From Thermoleophilales bacterium (lineage in GTDB: Bacteria; Actinomycetota; Thermoleophilia; Solirubrobacterales; 70-9): a DNA stretch of 64,000 bases. The notes beneath the pieces were generated by a model, which saw nothing but the letters and a program-made list of their open reading frames with translations, ran no database searches and was not told the origin of the DNA. The stretch is taken from assembly GCA_040375675.1 (NCBI GenBank), contig JBEIRY010000001.1, positions 3,543 to 67,542 on the forward strand. Direction: 5' to 3'. Each line of letters opens with the position of its first letter. Position 1 is the first letter of the stretch. The position numbers and the translations under genes are program-made. Below are positions 36,026 to 46,085 of this stretch, piece after piece.

Positions 36026-37941
36026 GGACCGGATCCCACAGAGCCGACAGTTGCCGGTTTGGGCTGCTCGACAGTTGCCTGGTCTTCGCCGGCGAGGATC
36101 GCGTGACGCGCGCCAGGTACACCGAACTCATACGGGCCGCCAACCACGCGGGGGATCTCGTCGAAGTTGAACACCGGTGGGGGCGAAGAGACCAGCCACT
36201 CGATCGTGTTCGCGCGCCACGGGTTGGCACTTGCCTTCGGGCCGTACTTCCAGCTGACGGCCATGTTGTAGACGAAGACAATCTGGGCGAGGCCGAGTAT
36301 TGCCGACGCGATCGAGATCTCCAAGTTCCATGCAGCGAACTCGGATGAGTAGTCAGCCACTCGACGGGGCATACCCTCGAGGCCGATCCAGTGCATCGGG
36401 ATGAAGGTTCCGAACATGCCCACGAGCGTCAACCAGAAGTGGATGCGGCCGAGACGCTCGTCGTACATCCGGCCGGTGATCTTGGGGAACCAGTGGTAGA
36501 GGCCAGCGAAGATCGTGAATACCGACCCACCGAAGAGTACGAAGTGGATATGAGCAACCACGAAGTAGGTGTCGGAGATGTGGATATCGAGCGGAACCAT
36601 TCCGAGCATCACGCCGGAAATTCCACCAATCACGAAAGTGAAGATGAACCCCAGAGAAAACAGCATCGCCGTTGATTGCAGGTGGATCTTTCCCTTGAAC
36701 AGGGTTCCGAGCCAGGAGAAGATCTTGATTCCCGTCGGCACCGCGATCAACATCGTCGTGATCATCATCGGAACGCGCAGCCAACTGGACATACCCGAGA
36801 CGAACATGTGGTGAGCCCAGACCGAGTAACTCAGAACGACGATCCCGATGAGTGCCAAGGCCATCAGTCGGTAACCGAAGACCGGTTTACGCGCGTGGGT
36901 GGAGATGACCTCTGAAATGATCCCGAAGCCCGGCAACATCATGATGTAGACGGCCGGGTGCGAGTAGAACCAGAAGATGTGCTGATAGCTGATCACGTCT
37001 CCTCCCATCGCAGCCTGGAAGAAGTTGGTGTTGAGCACGCGGTCGAAGAGGACCATGAACTGCACGCCGGCAATGAACGGGGTTGCAGCGACTACCAGCA
37101 GCGAGGTCGAGAGGTTTGCCCAGACGAGCAGCGGCATACGCCAGAAGTTCATGCCAGGCGCCCGCATCGTCACGATCGTGACCAGGAAGTTGATTGCGGT
37201 GGCGATGGATGAGGCCCCCGCGAACTGAACCGCGAGGTTGAAGAAGCTCTGTCCGACGGGCGCGCCGGTAGAGAGCGGCGCGTAGCCGGTCCAACCGGCG
37301 TCGAAAGTGCCGCCCGGAGCAAAGTAGCTGGCAATGAGCAATGCCCCGGCACATGGCAGCAGCCAGAAGCTGAGCGCATTGAGTCGCGGGAACGCCATAT
37401 CCGGCGCACCGATCATCAGCGGCAGGACATAGTTAGCAATGCCGGCGAACATCGGTATGACGAAGACGAAAATCATGAACGCGGCATGGGTGGAAAAGAG
37501 TCCGTTGTAGGTGTTGGGATCGACCAGCTGGGTGCCTGGCTGGGCGAGCTCGGCGCGGACTCCCATTGCGGCCAATCCACCTACGAGGAAGAAGAAGAAG
37601 GTCAGGACCATGTACTGGATCCCGATCACCTTGTGGTCGGTGTTTACCTTGAAGTAGTCCTTCCAACTGGAGGCGCCATGATCGGCGTGGTCATCAGGCA
37701 CGGTAGGCGCACCAGCAACCCAGCGCAGCCAGTAGTCGAAGCATCCGATCCCCCAGAGGAAGCCGAGCGGGCCGGTGATCAGTGCAACCACCAGCTGGGG
37801 GTAGCCGGTTTGCTCGGTCTGAATCAGCGGCAGGCCCGACGCCGCGCGCAGGGCCACCACGAGTCCGTACCCGAAGGCTGCGCCGATTACTAGTCCGTAG
37901 AGGGCGCGCCACCAACCTGCTTGTCTAAGTGCTACCGGCAT
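36022..37941 (-). CDS. ctaD: cytochrome c oxidase subunit I, A2-type, with N-terminal two-helix extension
   Basis: 639-aa ORF. All ligand motifs are present: STHAAF, YSHPAVY, WAHHMF and AHIHF. The YSHPAV motif replaces GHPEV, which marks it as A2-type. DHK appears only at about residue 102. Confidence 0.95.
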   Translation of the reverse strand: MPVALRQAGWWRALYGLVIGAAFGYGLVVALRAASGLPLIQTEQTGYPQLVVALITGPLGFLWGIGCFDYWLRWVAGAPTVPDDHADHGASSWKDYFKVNTDHKVIGIQYMVLTFFFFLVGGLAAMGVRAELAQPGTQLVDPNTYNGLFSTHAAFMIFVFVIPMFAGIANYVLPLMIGAPDMAFPRLNALSFWLLPCAGALLIASYFAPGGTFDAGWTGYAPLSTGAPVGQSFFNLAVQFAGASSIATAINFLVTIVTMRAPGMNFWRMPLLVWANLSTSLLVVAATPFIAGVQFMVLFDRVLNTNFFQAAMGGDVISYQHIFWFYSHPAVYIMMLPGFGIISEVISTHARKPVFGYRLMALALIGIVVLSYSVWAHHMFVSGMSSWLRVPMMITTMLIAVPTGIKIFSWLGTLFKGKIHLQSTAMLFSLGFIFTFVIGGISGVMLGMVPLDIHISDTYFVVAHIHFVLFGGSVFTIFAGLYHWFPKITGRMYDERLGRIHFWLTLVGMFGTFIPMHWIGLEGMPRRVADYSSEFAAWNLEISIASAILGLAQIVFVYNMAVSWKYGPKASANPWRANTIEWLVSSPPPVFNFDEIPRVVGGPYEFGVPGARHAILAGEDQATVEQPKPATVGSVGSGP

Positions 37942-37971
37942 TGGTTCCTCTCTTTGCTCATCTTAGTTTTC

Positions 37972-38709
37972 TCAGACATCGTTGCCATCCTCGGGTCGGT
38001 CAGGGACCTGATCCTGCTGGCTGACCCACTTCTCGAAGGCTGATTGCGACTCGACGACTACCGGCGCGCGCATCACGCCGTGACCCGCTCCGCAGAGTTC
38101 GGTGCAGACGAGCTGGAAATCGCCTTGCTTGTTGGGAGTGACGAAGAGATGAGTGGTGACGCCGGGGACGTTGTCCTTCTTGACTCTCCACTCCGGCACC
38201 CAGAAGGAGTGGATCACATCGAGGGCGTGCATACGAAACTCCACCTGGCGACCGACGGGTACATGGAGTTCATAGGCGCTTGCATTCTGCTGTCGGTAAT
38301 CGAAGGACCACTCGAACTGCTGCGAGTAGACATCGACCACCAGCCGGTTGGGCTCTTTGCCCTCGATCTCGTCGAGAACGACCCACGAGTAGCCGCCGAG
38401 GAAGAGGACGATGATCGTCGGGATCAGCGTCCAGACGATCTCCAACTTGGTGTTGCCGTGGATCGGCTCGCCGTCCGAGAGGTCGCCCGGCTTGGCACGC
38501 CAACGCCAGACGAAGTAGATCAACGCAACCATCACGAGAGAGAAGACGAAGCAGGAGATGACGATCGTGACCGTCAGGAGATTGTCGATCGGCCCCGCCG
38601 CGGTGGAGGCAGCCGGACCGTTCCAGTCCGGAATCAGCATCAGGTACGTGCTGATCACCGTCAGGACGATCGTGGCGCAAAAGAGCTTGAGAACTGTCAG
38701 TCGGCTCAT
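37972..38709 (-). CDS. ctaC: cytochrome c oxidase subunit II (CuA-containing, no fused cytochrome c)
   Basis: 245-aa ORF with two TM helices and a cupredoxin domain. The CuA ligand set is complete: DVIHSFWVP ... CTELCGAGHGVM. Confidence 0.93.
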   Translation of the reverse strand: MSRLTVLKLFCATIVLTVISTYLMLIPDWNGPAASTAAGPIDNLLTVTIVISCFVFSLVMVALIYFVWRWRAKPGDLSDGEPIHGNTKLEIVWTLIPTIIVLFLGGYSWVVLDEIEGKEPNRLVVDVYSQQFEWSFDYRQQNASAYELHVPVGRQVEFRMHALDVIHSFWVPEWRVKKDNVPGVTTHLFVTPNKQGDFQLVCTELCGAGHGVMRAPVVVESQSAFEKWVSQQDQVPDRPEDGNDV

Positions 38710-38747
38710 GCCCGAATCATTCTATTGACCGAGAGGACTAGAACCCT

Positions 38748-40307
38748 TCACGGGTGGGGAAGCTTGTCTAGATCGCCACTAGCGGCAGCCACGAGAGAAC
38801 TTGCCATGGTGCGCCAGGAGTAGGCAGCTGACGCCGCTTTGGCCAATATCTGCCCCACTTCGGCCCTCGTGGCGGAATCCAGTTGGAACCAATGGAGAAG
38901 ACTCGTGGCCAACTCTTGGACCGAGTCCGACCCCACCTCGAACGAGAGAAACTTGGCATCCGCGGGATCGAGCGCCTCGCCCAGCCTGTCAGAGACCTCG
39001 AGCATGCCGGAGTGAGCTGCAGATACGAACGGAACCCCGCACGCCGCAGCTTCTGCGGCGACCATGCCAAAGGCCTCGGGAAAGGTGCTCGGCATGACCA
39101 GGGCATCGGTCGCTGGCAGGACATCAGCCACCTCACCGTGATCGAGCCGCCCTGTCCAGAAAACGGACCCGGCGGCAGCTTTGCCCATCTCGAGGTAGCT
39201 CGTGGGAGGGTCATCGAGGAATGCGGAGAGAATTCTCAGCTCGCCGGTCCCCCCCTCCCCCTCCAGTTCTCGCCCCCGTCGCGCGATCTCCAGCGCCGAG
39301 TCGAGATCGCCGGATGAGATCGCTGACCAGAGGTGCTTCAGACCATCCTCGAAGGAGCCGAACCCGACGATCAACAAACCCGGAGTCGGTTTGCTCTCGG
39401 CAACCAGCCCTGCAACGACGAGTGGCCAGGCGGCAAGCAGCAGGTCGACACCTTTGTTGACCAAGAGCTTGCCGACATAGATAGCCCTCGAGCCTTCGAT
39501 GTCGACGAAGCTGCGAAGTGCGGCAGTCGCAGCGGCGCTGTCCCTTCCGAAGTCGTCATCGCTCTCATCCGGTGAGCCGAGGTGACTCAGCAGCCGCTCG
39601 ACCTCGACCGTCGGGTCGAGCTCCTCAGGGGACGGACGAAAACGATCCACATCGACTCCGGGGGGACCAAGTCGCGTCTTTGCGGGCAGATCGGGGATGC
39701 CCATCACATCCCAGAGCGCCCTGGCGGTGAAGCCGGAGCCGACCACAACCGCATTGGCTGCCTCCACCCCCTCTCGGGCGAAGGGGACGAACCGATCCGG
39801 ATGGGGAATCACGGCATACGAGAGGTCGCTGCCATGGACCTTGATCGCAAACTCGAGGCCCGCTCTTGCGCAGATGACAGGCCCCGAAATGAGGTGGTTG
39901 GCAAGAGCGGCGTCGATCTCGCCAGATGACTCGATCACGTCCTGAATTGCCTCGACGTTGGCGTCTATGTACGAGTTGATCTCCTCGTCGCTCAGATCCG
40001 GATACGCACGGGCGGTGAATCCTTCGTAATCGTCTACCACGAAAACCGGGAGTATCTCGCCGATCCGAGGCAGATAGACGGTGATGTGCCCGGTTCCGGG
40101 GGAAGAGCCGGCAGTCTCGCGAACTTCCAGACCTTCATCTCCCCAGATACCGACCGCATCCACCCATGGCAGCGAGTCTGCCTCTCGATCCTGTGAAAGG
40201 AGATGGACCTCGTGCCCGAGAGACGAGAGCGCCTGGGCGAGCTCGGCGTTGTAGACGTTGCTTCCGGTGCCCCTGAGCAGATAGCCGTGGAAGATGAGAA
40301 TCCTCAC
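38748..40307 (-). CDS. glycosyltransferase family 4 (GT-B) protein
   Basis: 519-aa ORF starting MRILIFHGYLLRGTGSNVY, with a C-terminal EAFGMVAAEAAACG motif of the E-x7-E type. Confidence 0.7.
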   Translation of the reverse strand: MRILIFHGYLLRGTGSNVYNAELAQALSSLGHEVHLLSQDREADSLPWVDAVGIWGDEGLEVRETAGSSPGTGHITVYLPRIGEILPVFVVDDYEGFTARAYPDLSDEEINSYIDANVEAIQDVIESSGEIDAALANHLISGPVICARAGLEFAIKVHGSDLSYAVIPHPDRFVPFAREGVEAANAVVVGSGFTARALWDVMGIPDLPAKTRLGPPGVDVDRFRPSPEELDPTVEVERLLSHLGSPDESDDDFGRDSAAATAALRSFVDIEGSRAIYVGKLLVNKGVDLLLAAWPLVVAGLVAESKPTPGLLIVGFGSFEDGLKHLWSAISSGDLDSALEIARRGRELEGEGGTGELRILSAFLDDPPTSYLEMGKAAAGSVFWTGRLDHGEVADVLPATDALVMPSTFPEAFGMVAAEAAACGVPFVSAAHSGMLEVSDRLGEALDPADAKFLSFEVGSDSVQELATSLLHWFQLDSATRAEVGQILAKAASAAYSWRTMASSLVAAASGDLDKLPHP

Positions 40308-40382
40308 GCACGGGTTGTAGACCCGCGGGCGGTCGAGGTGCTGCCCACCCCGCCCCCGGGTTGGATATCGTCCACGAAAGCG

Positions 40383-40658
40383 ATGCAGAACCCAAAGCAG
40401 AAATACAGACTCCGGGCGCCAGGCTCAGGCCGCGAAGCGATCGCCGAAGCCTCGGCTCAAGGCGTCTACGTGGACCGCGAAAGCGGTGAAGAGATGACGG
40501 CCATCTCGGCCATTCTGCCGCTGGCGCCATCTGAATCCGCACTTATCCGCACCCCTGAGAACCTCAGGGCCTGCGGCCGGTGTGATCAGTTGATCGGCCT
40601 CGACGTGAGCGACTGCCCCTACTGCGGTCTGCGTCAAGAGCCGGCAACCGCAAAGTGA
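40383..40658 (+). CDS. small zinc-ribbon protein (hypothetical)
   Basis: I place the start at the internal ATG (MQNPKQKY), outside the GT4 gene. The C-terminus carries CGRC-x13-CPYC. The stop overlaps the next GTG start. Confidence 0.35.
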   Translation: MQNPKQKYRLRAPGSGREAIAEASAQGVYVDRESGEEMTAISAILPLAPSESALIRTPENLRACGRCDQLIGLDVSDCPYCGLRQEPATAK

Positions 40659-40933
40659 ACCTGCGTCGGCCCATCGCCGGCGCGCTCCTGATCTTCTGTA
40701 TAGGGGCAGGCTCTATCGGCTGTGGTTCTGGTGGCTCCGAAACTTCGACCAGTGAGTTCCAGATCGACGTGCCTGGAGTGAGCACTACGACCATTGGAGC
40801 GGAACCGGGTAGTGGCACCGGTGTGAACCCCGGCCTACCGGATACGAAAGAAAACGACCTCCCGCCCCAGCCAGGATCACCTCAGGATGCCTTCGAGAAG
40901 TTCTGCAACGAGCACCCCGACGCCTGCGGCTGA
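40655..40933 (+). CDS. small lipoprotein (hypothetical)
   Basis: 92-aa ORF with a signal peptide and lipobox (LLIFCIGAGSIGCGSG). It ends in a Cys (DACG). Confidence 0.45.
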   Translation: MNLRRPIAGALLIFCIGAGSIGCGSGGSETSTSEFQIDVPGVSTTTIGAEPGSGTGVNPGLPDTKENDLPPQPGSPQDAFEKFCNEHPDACG

Positions 40934-40955
40934 GGTACTGGCGTGAACCGAACGC

Positions 40956-41771
40956 CTAGAAGCCGCCGGGAGCCTTGACGATCGAGGCTGAGTAGAGCAG
41001 GCGGTTCGTCTTGTAGGAGCAGGTGAAGCGACGCTGCTGCCCCAACTTCTGGACCGGACTTCCTGCCTTGACGTTCGCGCTTGCACTCGAGCCAGAGCCC
41101 ACCGTGCAGCCACCCTTGCTCTTGGAGGGATTGCGGCTGGCTCGCCAGGAGTTTCCGTTCGAAAGTGCTCCAACGAATACCGGAGCCCAAGTCGGGATGG
41201 TCAGTGCTGCGACATAGCCCTTGTTGATCAGAAGCGGCTGATGCAAGGTGAATGTGGTGGTTGAACCGAAGAAGGGCTTCAGCTCCTCGACCGGGGTTTG
41301 CTTGACGAGGACGTAATCCTGGTTTCCCTTCTGGATGTTCTTGTTGATCGGCTTCAGAATCGAAAGACGTGCCTTCGCCGGACCCCCGAAACCCTCGAAG
41401 CGGCTGTCGGAACCGATGTCACACCCTTCGCTCAAACACCTCTCGGCCTTGGCGCTCGGCTTACCCAGCTTGATCGACCAGGCAACGACCTTGCCCTTCC
41501 ATGGGGCAACGAACGGAGACTTCTTGCCATCTATCGCCAGCTGAAATCCGGTCACTTTGGCTTCGACGAAGCACTGGCTGCTGCCCTTACTGAGCGGGCA
41601 CGATGGAGTCGCGGGAGCGGCCGCACCCAGCACCTTGAGGGTCACGCCAAAGGCAGGCAGTGCGGCAAAAGCGACGACGGCGAGTACACCAGCGGTTGCC
41701 AGCACACCCAATCCGGCCTTGCCCTTGCGGGTTTTGGGGAATCTCTTCATCTGCATGCCTACATTGAACAC
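40956..41771 (-). CDS. secreted Cys-containing, Lys-rich hypothetical protein
   Basis: 271-aa ORF with a signal peptide (KAGLGVLATAGVLAVVAFAALPAFG) and 8 Cys. I did not recognise a family. The start may be at MQMKRF. Confidence 0.55.
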   Translation of the reverse strand: MFNVGMQMKRFPKTRKGKAGLGVLATAGVLAVVAFAALPAFGVTLKVLGAAAPATPSCPLSKGSSQCFVEAKVTGFQLAIDGKKSPFVAPWKGKVVAWSIKLGKPSAKAERCLSEGCDIGSDSRFEGFGGPAKARLSILKPINKNIQKGNQDYVLVKQTPVEELKPFFGSTTTFTLHQPLLINKGYVAALTIPTWAPVFVGALSNGNSWRASRNPSKSKGGCTVGSGSSASANVKAGSPVQKLGQQRRFTCSYKTNRLLYSASIVKAPGGF

Positions 41772-41847
41772 AGTCGAGGCCTTCGGGTTGCGATCTTCCT
41801 GCCAACACGAAGCGCGGCTCAGGCGTGCTCACGCGTAAGATGAACCA

Positions 41848-42810
41848 ATGCTCGCAATCGAAACCCACGGTCTGGAGCGGGAATTCCAAGGCTCCGTCAA
41901 GGCTGTGGACGGTGTCGACCTCTCGGTTCGCACAGGAGAGATCTACGGCTTCCTCGGGCCGAACGGAGCCGGCAAGACCACGACCGTCCGCATCCTCACC
42001 ACCCTCCTCCAACTTACGGGTGGCACCGCGATCGTCGCCGGTCACGACGTCATGGAGGACCCGAGCTCGGTGCGCAGGTCGATAGGGGTTGCTCTTCAGG
42101 AGGCAGCGCTCGATCCGCTGATGACCGGTCGCGAACTGCTCGATCTGCAGGCGACCCTCCATGGCATTCCGAGCTCGAAACGCACCGCGCTTTCGATCGA
42201 CCTGCTCGAGCGCGTCGGACTGACCGATGCGGCCGACCGCCAGGTGGGCACCTACTCGGGAGGGATGCGCAGGAGAATCGATCTCGCCTCGGCGCTGGTG
42301 CACGCGCCGGAGGTCCTCTTCCTCGACGAGCCGACCACCGGCCTCGACCCGGTAAGCCGTCAGGCGATCTGGAACGAAGTCGAACGCCTGAACGACGAGG
42401 GGACAACAGTCTTCTTGACCACTCAGTATCTGGAGGAGGCCGACCAGCTAGCCGACCGCGTCGGGATCATCTCCAGCGGAAAGATCGTCGCGGAGGGAAC
42501 ACCAACGGAACTCAAGGCTCAGGTCGGCAGCCCTCACTTGGAGATCGCAGTCGAGGGAGGCGAAGAGGCCGACGTCGCGGCAGAGATGGCGCTTGCAGGT
42601 TTTGGAAAGATCCTTCCGCCGAAGGACGGCAAGCTTCAGCTGGAGATAGCCGGCGGGGCAGGAGACATTTCGCCGGTAGTCAGGGCGCTGGACGAGCAGG
42701 GGATAGCAGTTGCCTCGCTGGAGCTGGTCAGACCAACGCTCGACGACGTATTCGTGGAAAAGACCGGAGAGCATCTGGAAGGCTCGGCTGCGGACTCCGG
42801 GTCCGAATGA
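41848..42810 (+). CDS. ABC transporter ATP-binding protein (DrrA/ABC-2 type)
   Basis: It has the Walker A motif GPNGAGKTT, the signature motif YSGGMRRR and the Walker B motif LFLDEPTTGLD. Confidence 0.9.
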   Translation: MLAIETHGLEREFQGSVKAVDGVDLSVRTGEIYGFLGPNGAGKTTTVRILTTLLQLTGGTAIVAGHDVMEDPSSVRRSIGVALQEAALDPLMTGRELLDLQATLHGIPSSKRTALSIDLLERVGLTDAADRQVGTYSGGMRRRIDLASALVHAPEVLFLDEPTTGLDPVSRQAIWNEVERLNDEGTTVFLTTQYLEEADQLADRVGIISSGKIVAEGTPTELKAQVGSPHLEIAVEGGEEADVAAEMALAGFGKILPPKDGKLQLEIAGGAGDISPVVRALDEQGIAVASLELVRPTLDDVFVEKTGEHLEGSAADSGSE

Positions 42811-43595
42811 GCCAGCTTGGATCGAATCTGCGTGTAGTCGGACAGCTCGGTCGACGCTCTATTCGCCAGACCTTCAGGCGCCCCCAGCTGGCCGCGCCGC
42901 TGGTCGTCTTCCCCACCATCCTCCTGGCAATCCAGACTGCGGGGGCGGGGCGGGCGGTAGACCTCCCCCAGTTCCCTGCCGTCAACGGCTTCCTGGACTT
43001 CATGCTTGCCGGGGCGATGGTTCAGGCCTGCATGCTCGCCGGAAATACCGGCGCGATCGCACTCGCTCTGGATATCGAGATGGGTTTCGATGACCGCCTG
43101 CTGGCAGCGCCGGTATCTAGATACTCGCTGCTTTTGGGGAGGCTGATGGGCACCGCGGTCATGGGTCTTCTGATCGCCACCTGGTTCATCGTGATCGGGC
43201 TGATCTTCGGGGCGCAGATTCAGGCAGGCGTTCTCGGGGTGGCATGGATCCTCGGCTGCGTAGCTGCAACGGCGGTGGCTTTTGGCGCAATCGCGGCCTC
43301 GATCGCGCTTCGAAGTGGCAAGGCGAGCGTTGTCCAGGGACTTTTCCCGCTCATCTTCGTGGTTCTCTTTCTCTCGACCGCCTTCTTCCCCGACAACCTG
43401 ATGCTGCAGCCTGCTGCATCGGTCGCCAAGTACAACCCCTTGAGCTTCGTGGTCGACGGAATGAGGGAACCGATCATCTCCGGATTTTCCGGCCCACACA
43501 CATTGAGGGCGTTGGCCTCGATTGCGGGTCTGCTGCTGATCGGCTTCACCCTTAGCGCGCTGGCACTGAAGTCGCGATTGAAGAGGGGCGGATGA
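42807..43595 (+). CDS. ABC-2 type transporter permease
   Basis: 262-aa, 6-TM ORF whose start overlaps the ATPase stop. Confidence 0.8.
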   Translation: MSQLGSNLRVVGQLGRRSIRQTFRRPQLAAPLVVFPTILLAIQTAGAGRAVDLPQFPAVNGFLDFMLAGAMVQACMLAGNTGAIALALDIEMGFDDRLLAAPVSRYSLLLGRLMGTAVMGLLIATWFIVIGLIFGAQIQAGVLGVAWILGCVAATAVAFGAIAASIALRSGKASVVQGLFPLIFVVLFLSTAFFPDNLMLQPAASVAKYNPLSFVVDGMREPIISGFSGPHTLRALASIAGLLLIGFTLSALALKSRLKRGG

Positions 43596-44371
43596 GCAGC
43601 CAGGCCATAAGTACGAGCTTGCCGGTAGTCCGGTCGCTGATAGGCCGCTCGATGAACGAGCTCTTTCGCGTGCCCGGCGCTGCGATACCCGGTGTGCTGG
43701 CTCCCACGATCTTCTTTCTCGGGCTCACCGCGGTATTCGGCAACCTCGCTCTGTTGCCGGGGTTCGAAGCCGACCGCTATCAGAGCTTCATCATCCCGGT
43801 CAGCATGATGCAGGGAGCGGCCTTCACCGGCGCGGCCACCGGAGTGAACCTGGCCCGGGATATCGAACAGGGGTGGTTCGATCGGTTGCTCGCATCGCCG
43901 GCTCCCCGCCCGGTTCTACTGGCAGGACTCGTCTACTCGGCGAGCCTCCGCGCACTCATCCCCGGCACCGTGGTCGTCTGCGTAGGGCTTGCCATCGGCG
44001 TGCACTGGCCAGGGATCATCGGAGTGCTGATCGCCGCAGTGATGATCATGGGACTGGCCGCGACGGCCGCGACCTGGGGGGCGACGCTGGCTTTCAAGTT
44101 CAAAACCCAGTCAGCGGCGCCGCTGATGCAGGCCGGAACCCTGCTCGCCGTGCTCACCACGACCGCTTACGCACCGCTGCCGTTGCTAACTGGCTGGCTC
44201 AAGGTCGTTGCTACCTACAACCCCTTGACCCAGGTGCTCGAGGCAGTCAGACAGGGGTTCGTTGGCGATGTGACCTGGGCCAACACCTGGCCGGGGCTGG
44301 TGGCGCTGATCGGTCTCTGGATCTTCTTCACATTCCTCGCTCTGCGCGGAATGCGAAAGATGACCGCCTGA
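43592..44371 (+). CDS. ABC-2 type transporter permease (second subunit)
   Basis: 259-aa, 6-TM ORF, paralogous to the preceding permease. Its start overlaps the preceding stop. Confidence 0.8.
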   Translation: MSSQAISTSLPVVRSLIGRSMNELFRVPGAAIPGVLAPTIFFLGLTAVFGNLALLPGFEADRYQSFIIPVSMMQGAAFTGAATGVNLARDIEQGWFDRLLASPAPRPVLLAGLVYSASLRALIPGTVVVCVGLAIGVHWPGIIGVLIAAVMIMGLAATAATWGATLAFKFKTQSAAPLMQAGTLLAVLTTTAYAPLPLLTGWLKVVATYNPLTQVLEAVRQGFVGDVTWANTWPGLVALIGLWIFFTFLALRGMRKMTA

Positions 44372-44386
44372 GGAGGGCTTGCCCGC

Positions 44387-44605
44387 CTACTTGTAGCGGT
44401 AAGTGATGCGTCCCCGGTCGAGGTCATACGGAGAGAGCTCGATCTTGACCTTGTCCCCGGGGAGGATGCGAATGTAGTGGCGCCGCATCTTTCCCGAGAT
44501 ATGACCAAGCACCTCGTGCCCGTTGTCGAGCTTGACCCGGAACATGGTGTTGGGGAGAGATTCGGTGATCTCCCCTTCCATCTCGATCTTTTCTTCTTTA
44601 CCCAC
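44387..44605 (-). CDS. infA: translation initiation factor IF-1
   Basis: 72-aa ORF that closely matches the IF-1 pattern ([33 protein letters not shown]). Confidence 0.97.
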   Translation of the reverse strand: MGKEEKIEMEGEITESLPNTMFRVKLDNGHEVLGHISGKMRRHYIRILPGDKVKIELSPYDLDRGRITYRYK

Positions 44606-44633
44606 GATCAGCAGCCTAGCGACTGAGCACGCG

Positions 44634-46085
44634 TCACCGGCCCTGCGTGGCCATCCCCTTGATCATCTCCCGCGCCTCGTCTGGCCCGGAGAGCTCCCCC
44701 GCGTACGTTGCCGCGCGAAGCTCCTCGATGATCCTGCCTACCTCGGGACCGGGAGAAATGTTCAGTTCTTCGACTATCTCGTCGCCGTTCAGGGGAGGAC
44801 TTGGTGGTCCGTCACGATGCCAGTCGAGGGCCGGGGTGAACATCTCCTTTGCAAGATCGAGATGCGCGGCAACCATCTCCTCGCTGGCGATCGGGCCTGA
44901 GCCCCTGGCCGAGAGACGGTCGGCGACGCTGAGCAGCGTGACATCGGCTGCCACGGGGTCGCAAGCGCTCAGGTAGTCGTAGACCCGGCGCCTGGCCAGC
45001 GGACGCTCGTGAATCAGGAACCCGAGCCGCAGATGATTCCGAACCAGCGAGGTGAGATAGGCAGAGAGCTTTCTGCCAACTCTGAAGCGGTCGCAGATCT
45101 CGAGCGTAATCTCCGCACCGGCCTCATCGTGGCCCATGAAGGTGACCATGTCCCCCTCCTCCAAACGAGTAGCCGGCTTGCCTATGTCGTGGAAGAGTGC
45201 TCCGATCCTGAGAGCCACGCGCCGGGTGACATCTTCAGCCACGACCTCGTCGAGAAACTCATCCAGCCGCGTAGCCTCTGCCCCGGCGTATTCAGAGAGC
45301 CTCGACTCCGCCTCCAGAAGCTGCTCGAGAACCGCGAGCGTATGTCCATGTACATCGAGGTGATGATTTCGGTTCTGCCCTACGCCTCGAAGAGTCGCCA
45401 GTTCCGGCAGGAAGTGCTCGGTGACCTGCAGTTCGTCGAGGAGCTCTAATGAGCGCATCGGATCGCGCCCCGAAAGCATCAGGCTGAACTCGGCGAACTG
45501 CCTCTCTCCCGCGGGCTCTCCTGCCCGCGCAGATTCGATGCGGGCCAGCTCGATCGTCCCTGGCTCGACGACCAACTCGCAAGCGGTCGCGATTCTCGCT
45601 GCGCGAAGCAGGCGCAAAGGGTCGTCTGAAAAGCTCTGATTCGAAGCGGCGCGAAGTACCCGCTTCTCGACATCAGCCTCTCCACCGGTTGGATCGATCA
45701 GAATCTCAGCACTCTCGGTCAGGTGAATGGCCATAGCGTTGATGGTGAAGTCGCGTAAACGAAGGTCCCCCTCGATGTCTTCGGCCCGAAGGCCCGCAAC
45801 GTCGAGATGCCAGCTCCTGTCGGCCGATACGACGCGCCAAGTTCCATGTTCGGCGGACAGTTCAAATGCAAATCCCCTTCCCCCCGCCGCGACCTCGCGT
45901 GCGATTCGCTGCTCGTCTCCAGAGGAAACCACGAGATCTACATCCACCACATCGGATCCGAAGAGGGCGTCTCGTACAGCGCCACCGACTATCCAGACCT
46001 GATCTTCTTCGGCAAGGGTGTCGATGGCTACTTTTGCGGCCTCGGCAGACCTGACCCGACCGACGATCTCGGAATGAGCACTCAC
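44634..46085 (-). CDS. cca: CCA tRNA nucleotidyltransferase (HD-domain class II nucleotidyltransferase)
   Basis: 483-aa ORF. It has GGAVRD..DVD nucleotidyltransferase motifs and an HD motif (LFHDIGKP). Confidence 0.75.
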   Translation of the reverse strand: MSAHSEIVGRVRSAEAAKVAIDTLAEEDQVWIVGGAVRDALFGSDVVDVDLVVSSGDEQRIAREVAAGGRGFAFELSAEHGTWRVVSADRSWHLDVAGLRAEDIEGDLRLRDFTINAMAIHLTESAEILIDPTGGEADVEKRVLRAASNQSFSDDPLRLLRAARIATACELVVEPGTIELARIESARAGEPAGERQFAEFSLMLSGRDPMRSLELLDELQVTEHFLPELATLRGVGQNRNHHLDVHGHTLAVLEQLLEAESRLSEYAGAEATRLDEFLDEVVAEDVTRRVALRIGALFHDIGKPATRLEEGDMVTFMGHDEAGAEITLEICDRFRVGRKLSAYLTSLVRNHLRLGFLIHERPLARRRVYDYLSACDPVAADVTLLSVADRLSARGSGPIASEEMVAAHLDLAKEMFTPALDWHRDGPPSPPLNGDEIVEELNISPGPEVGRIIEELRAATYAGELSGPDEAREMIKGMATQGR

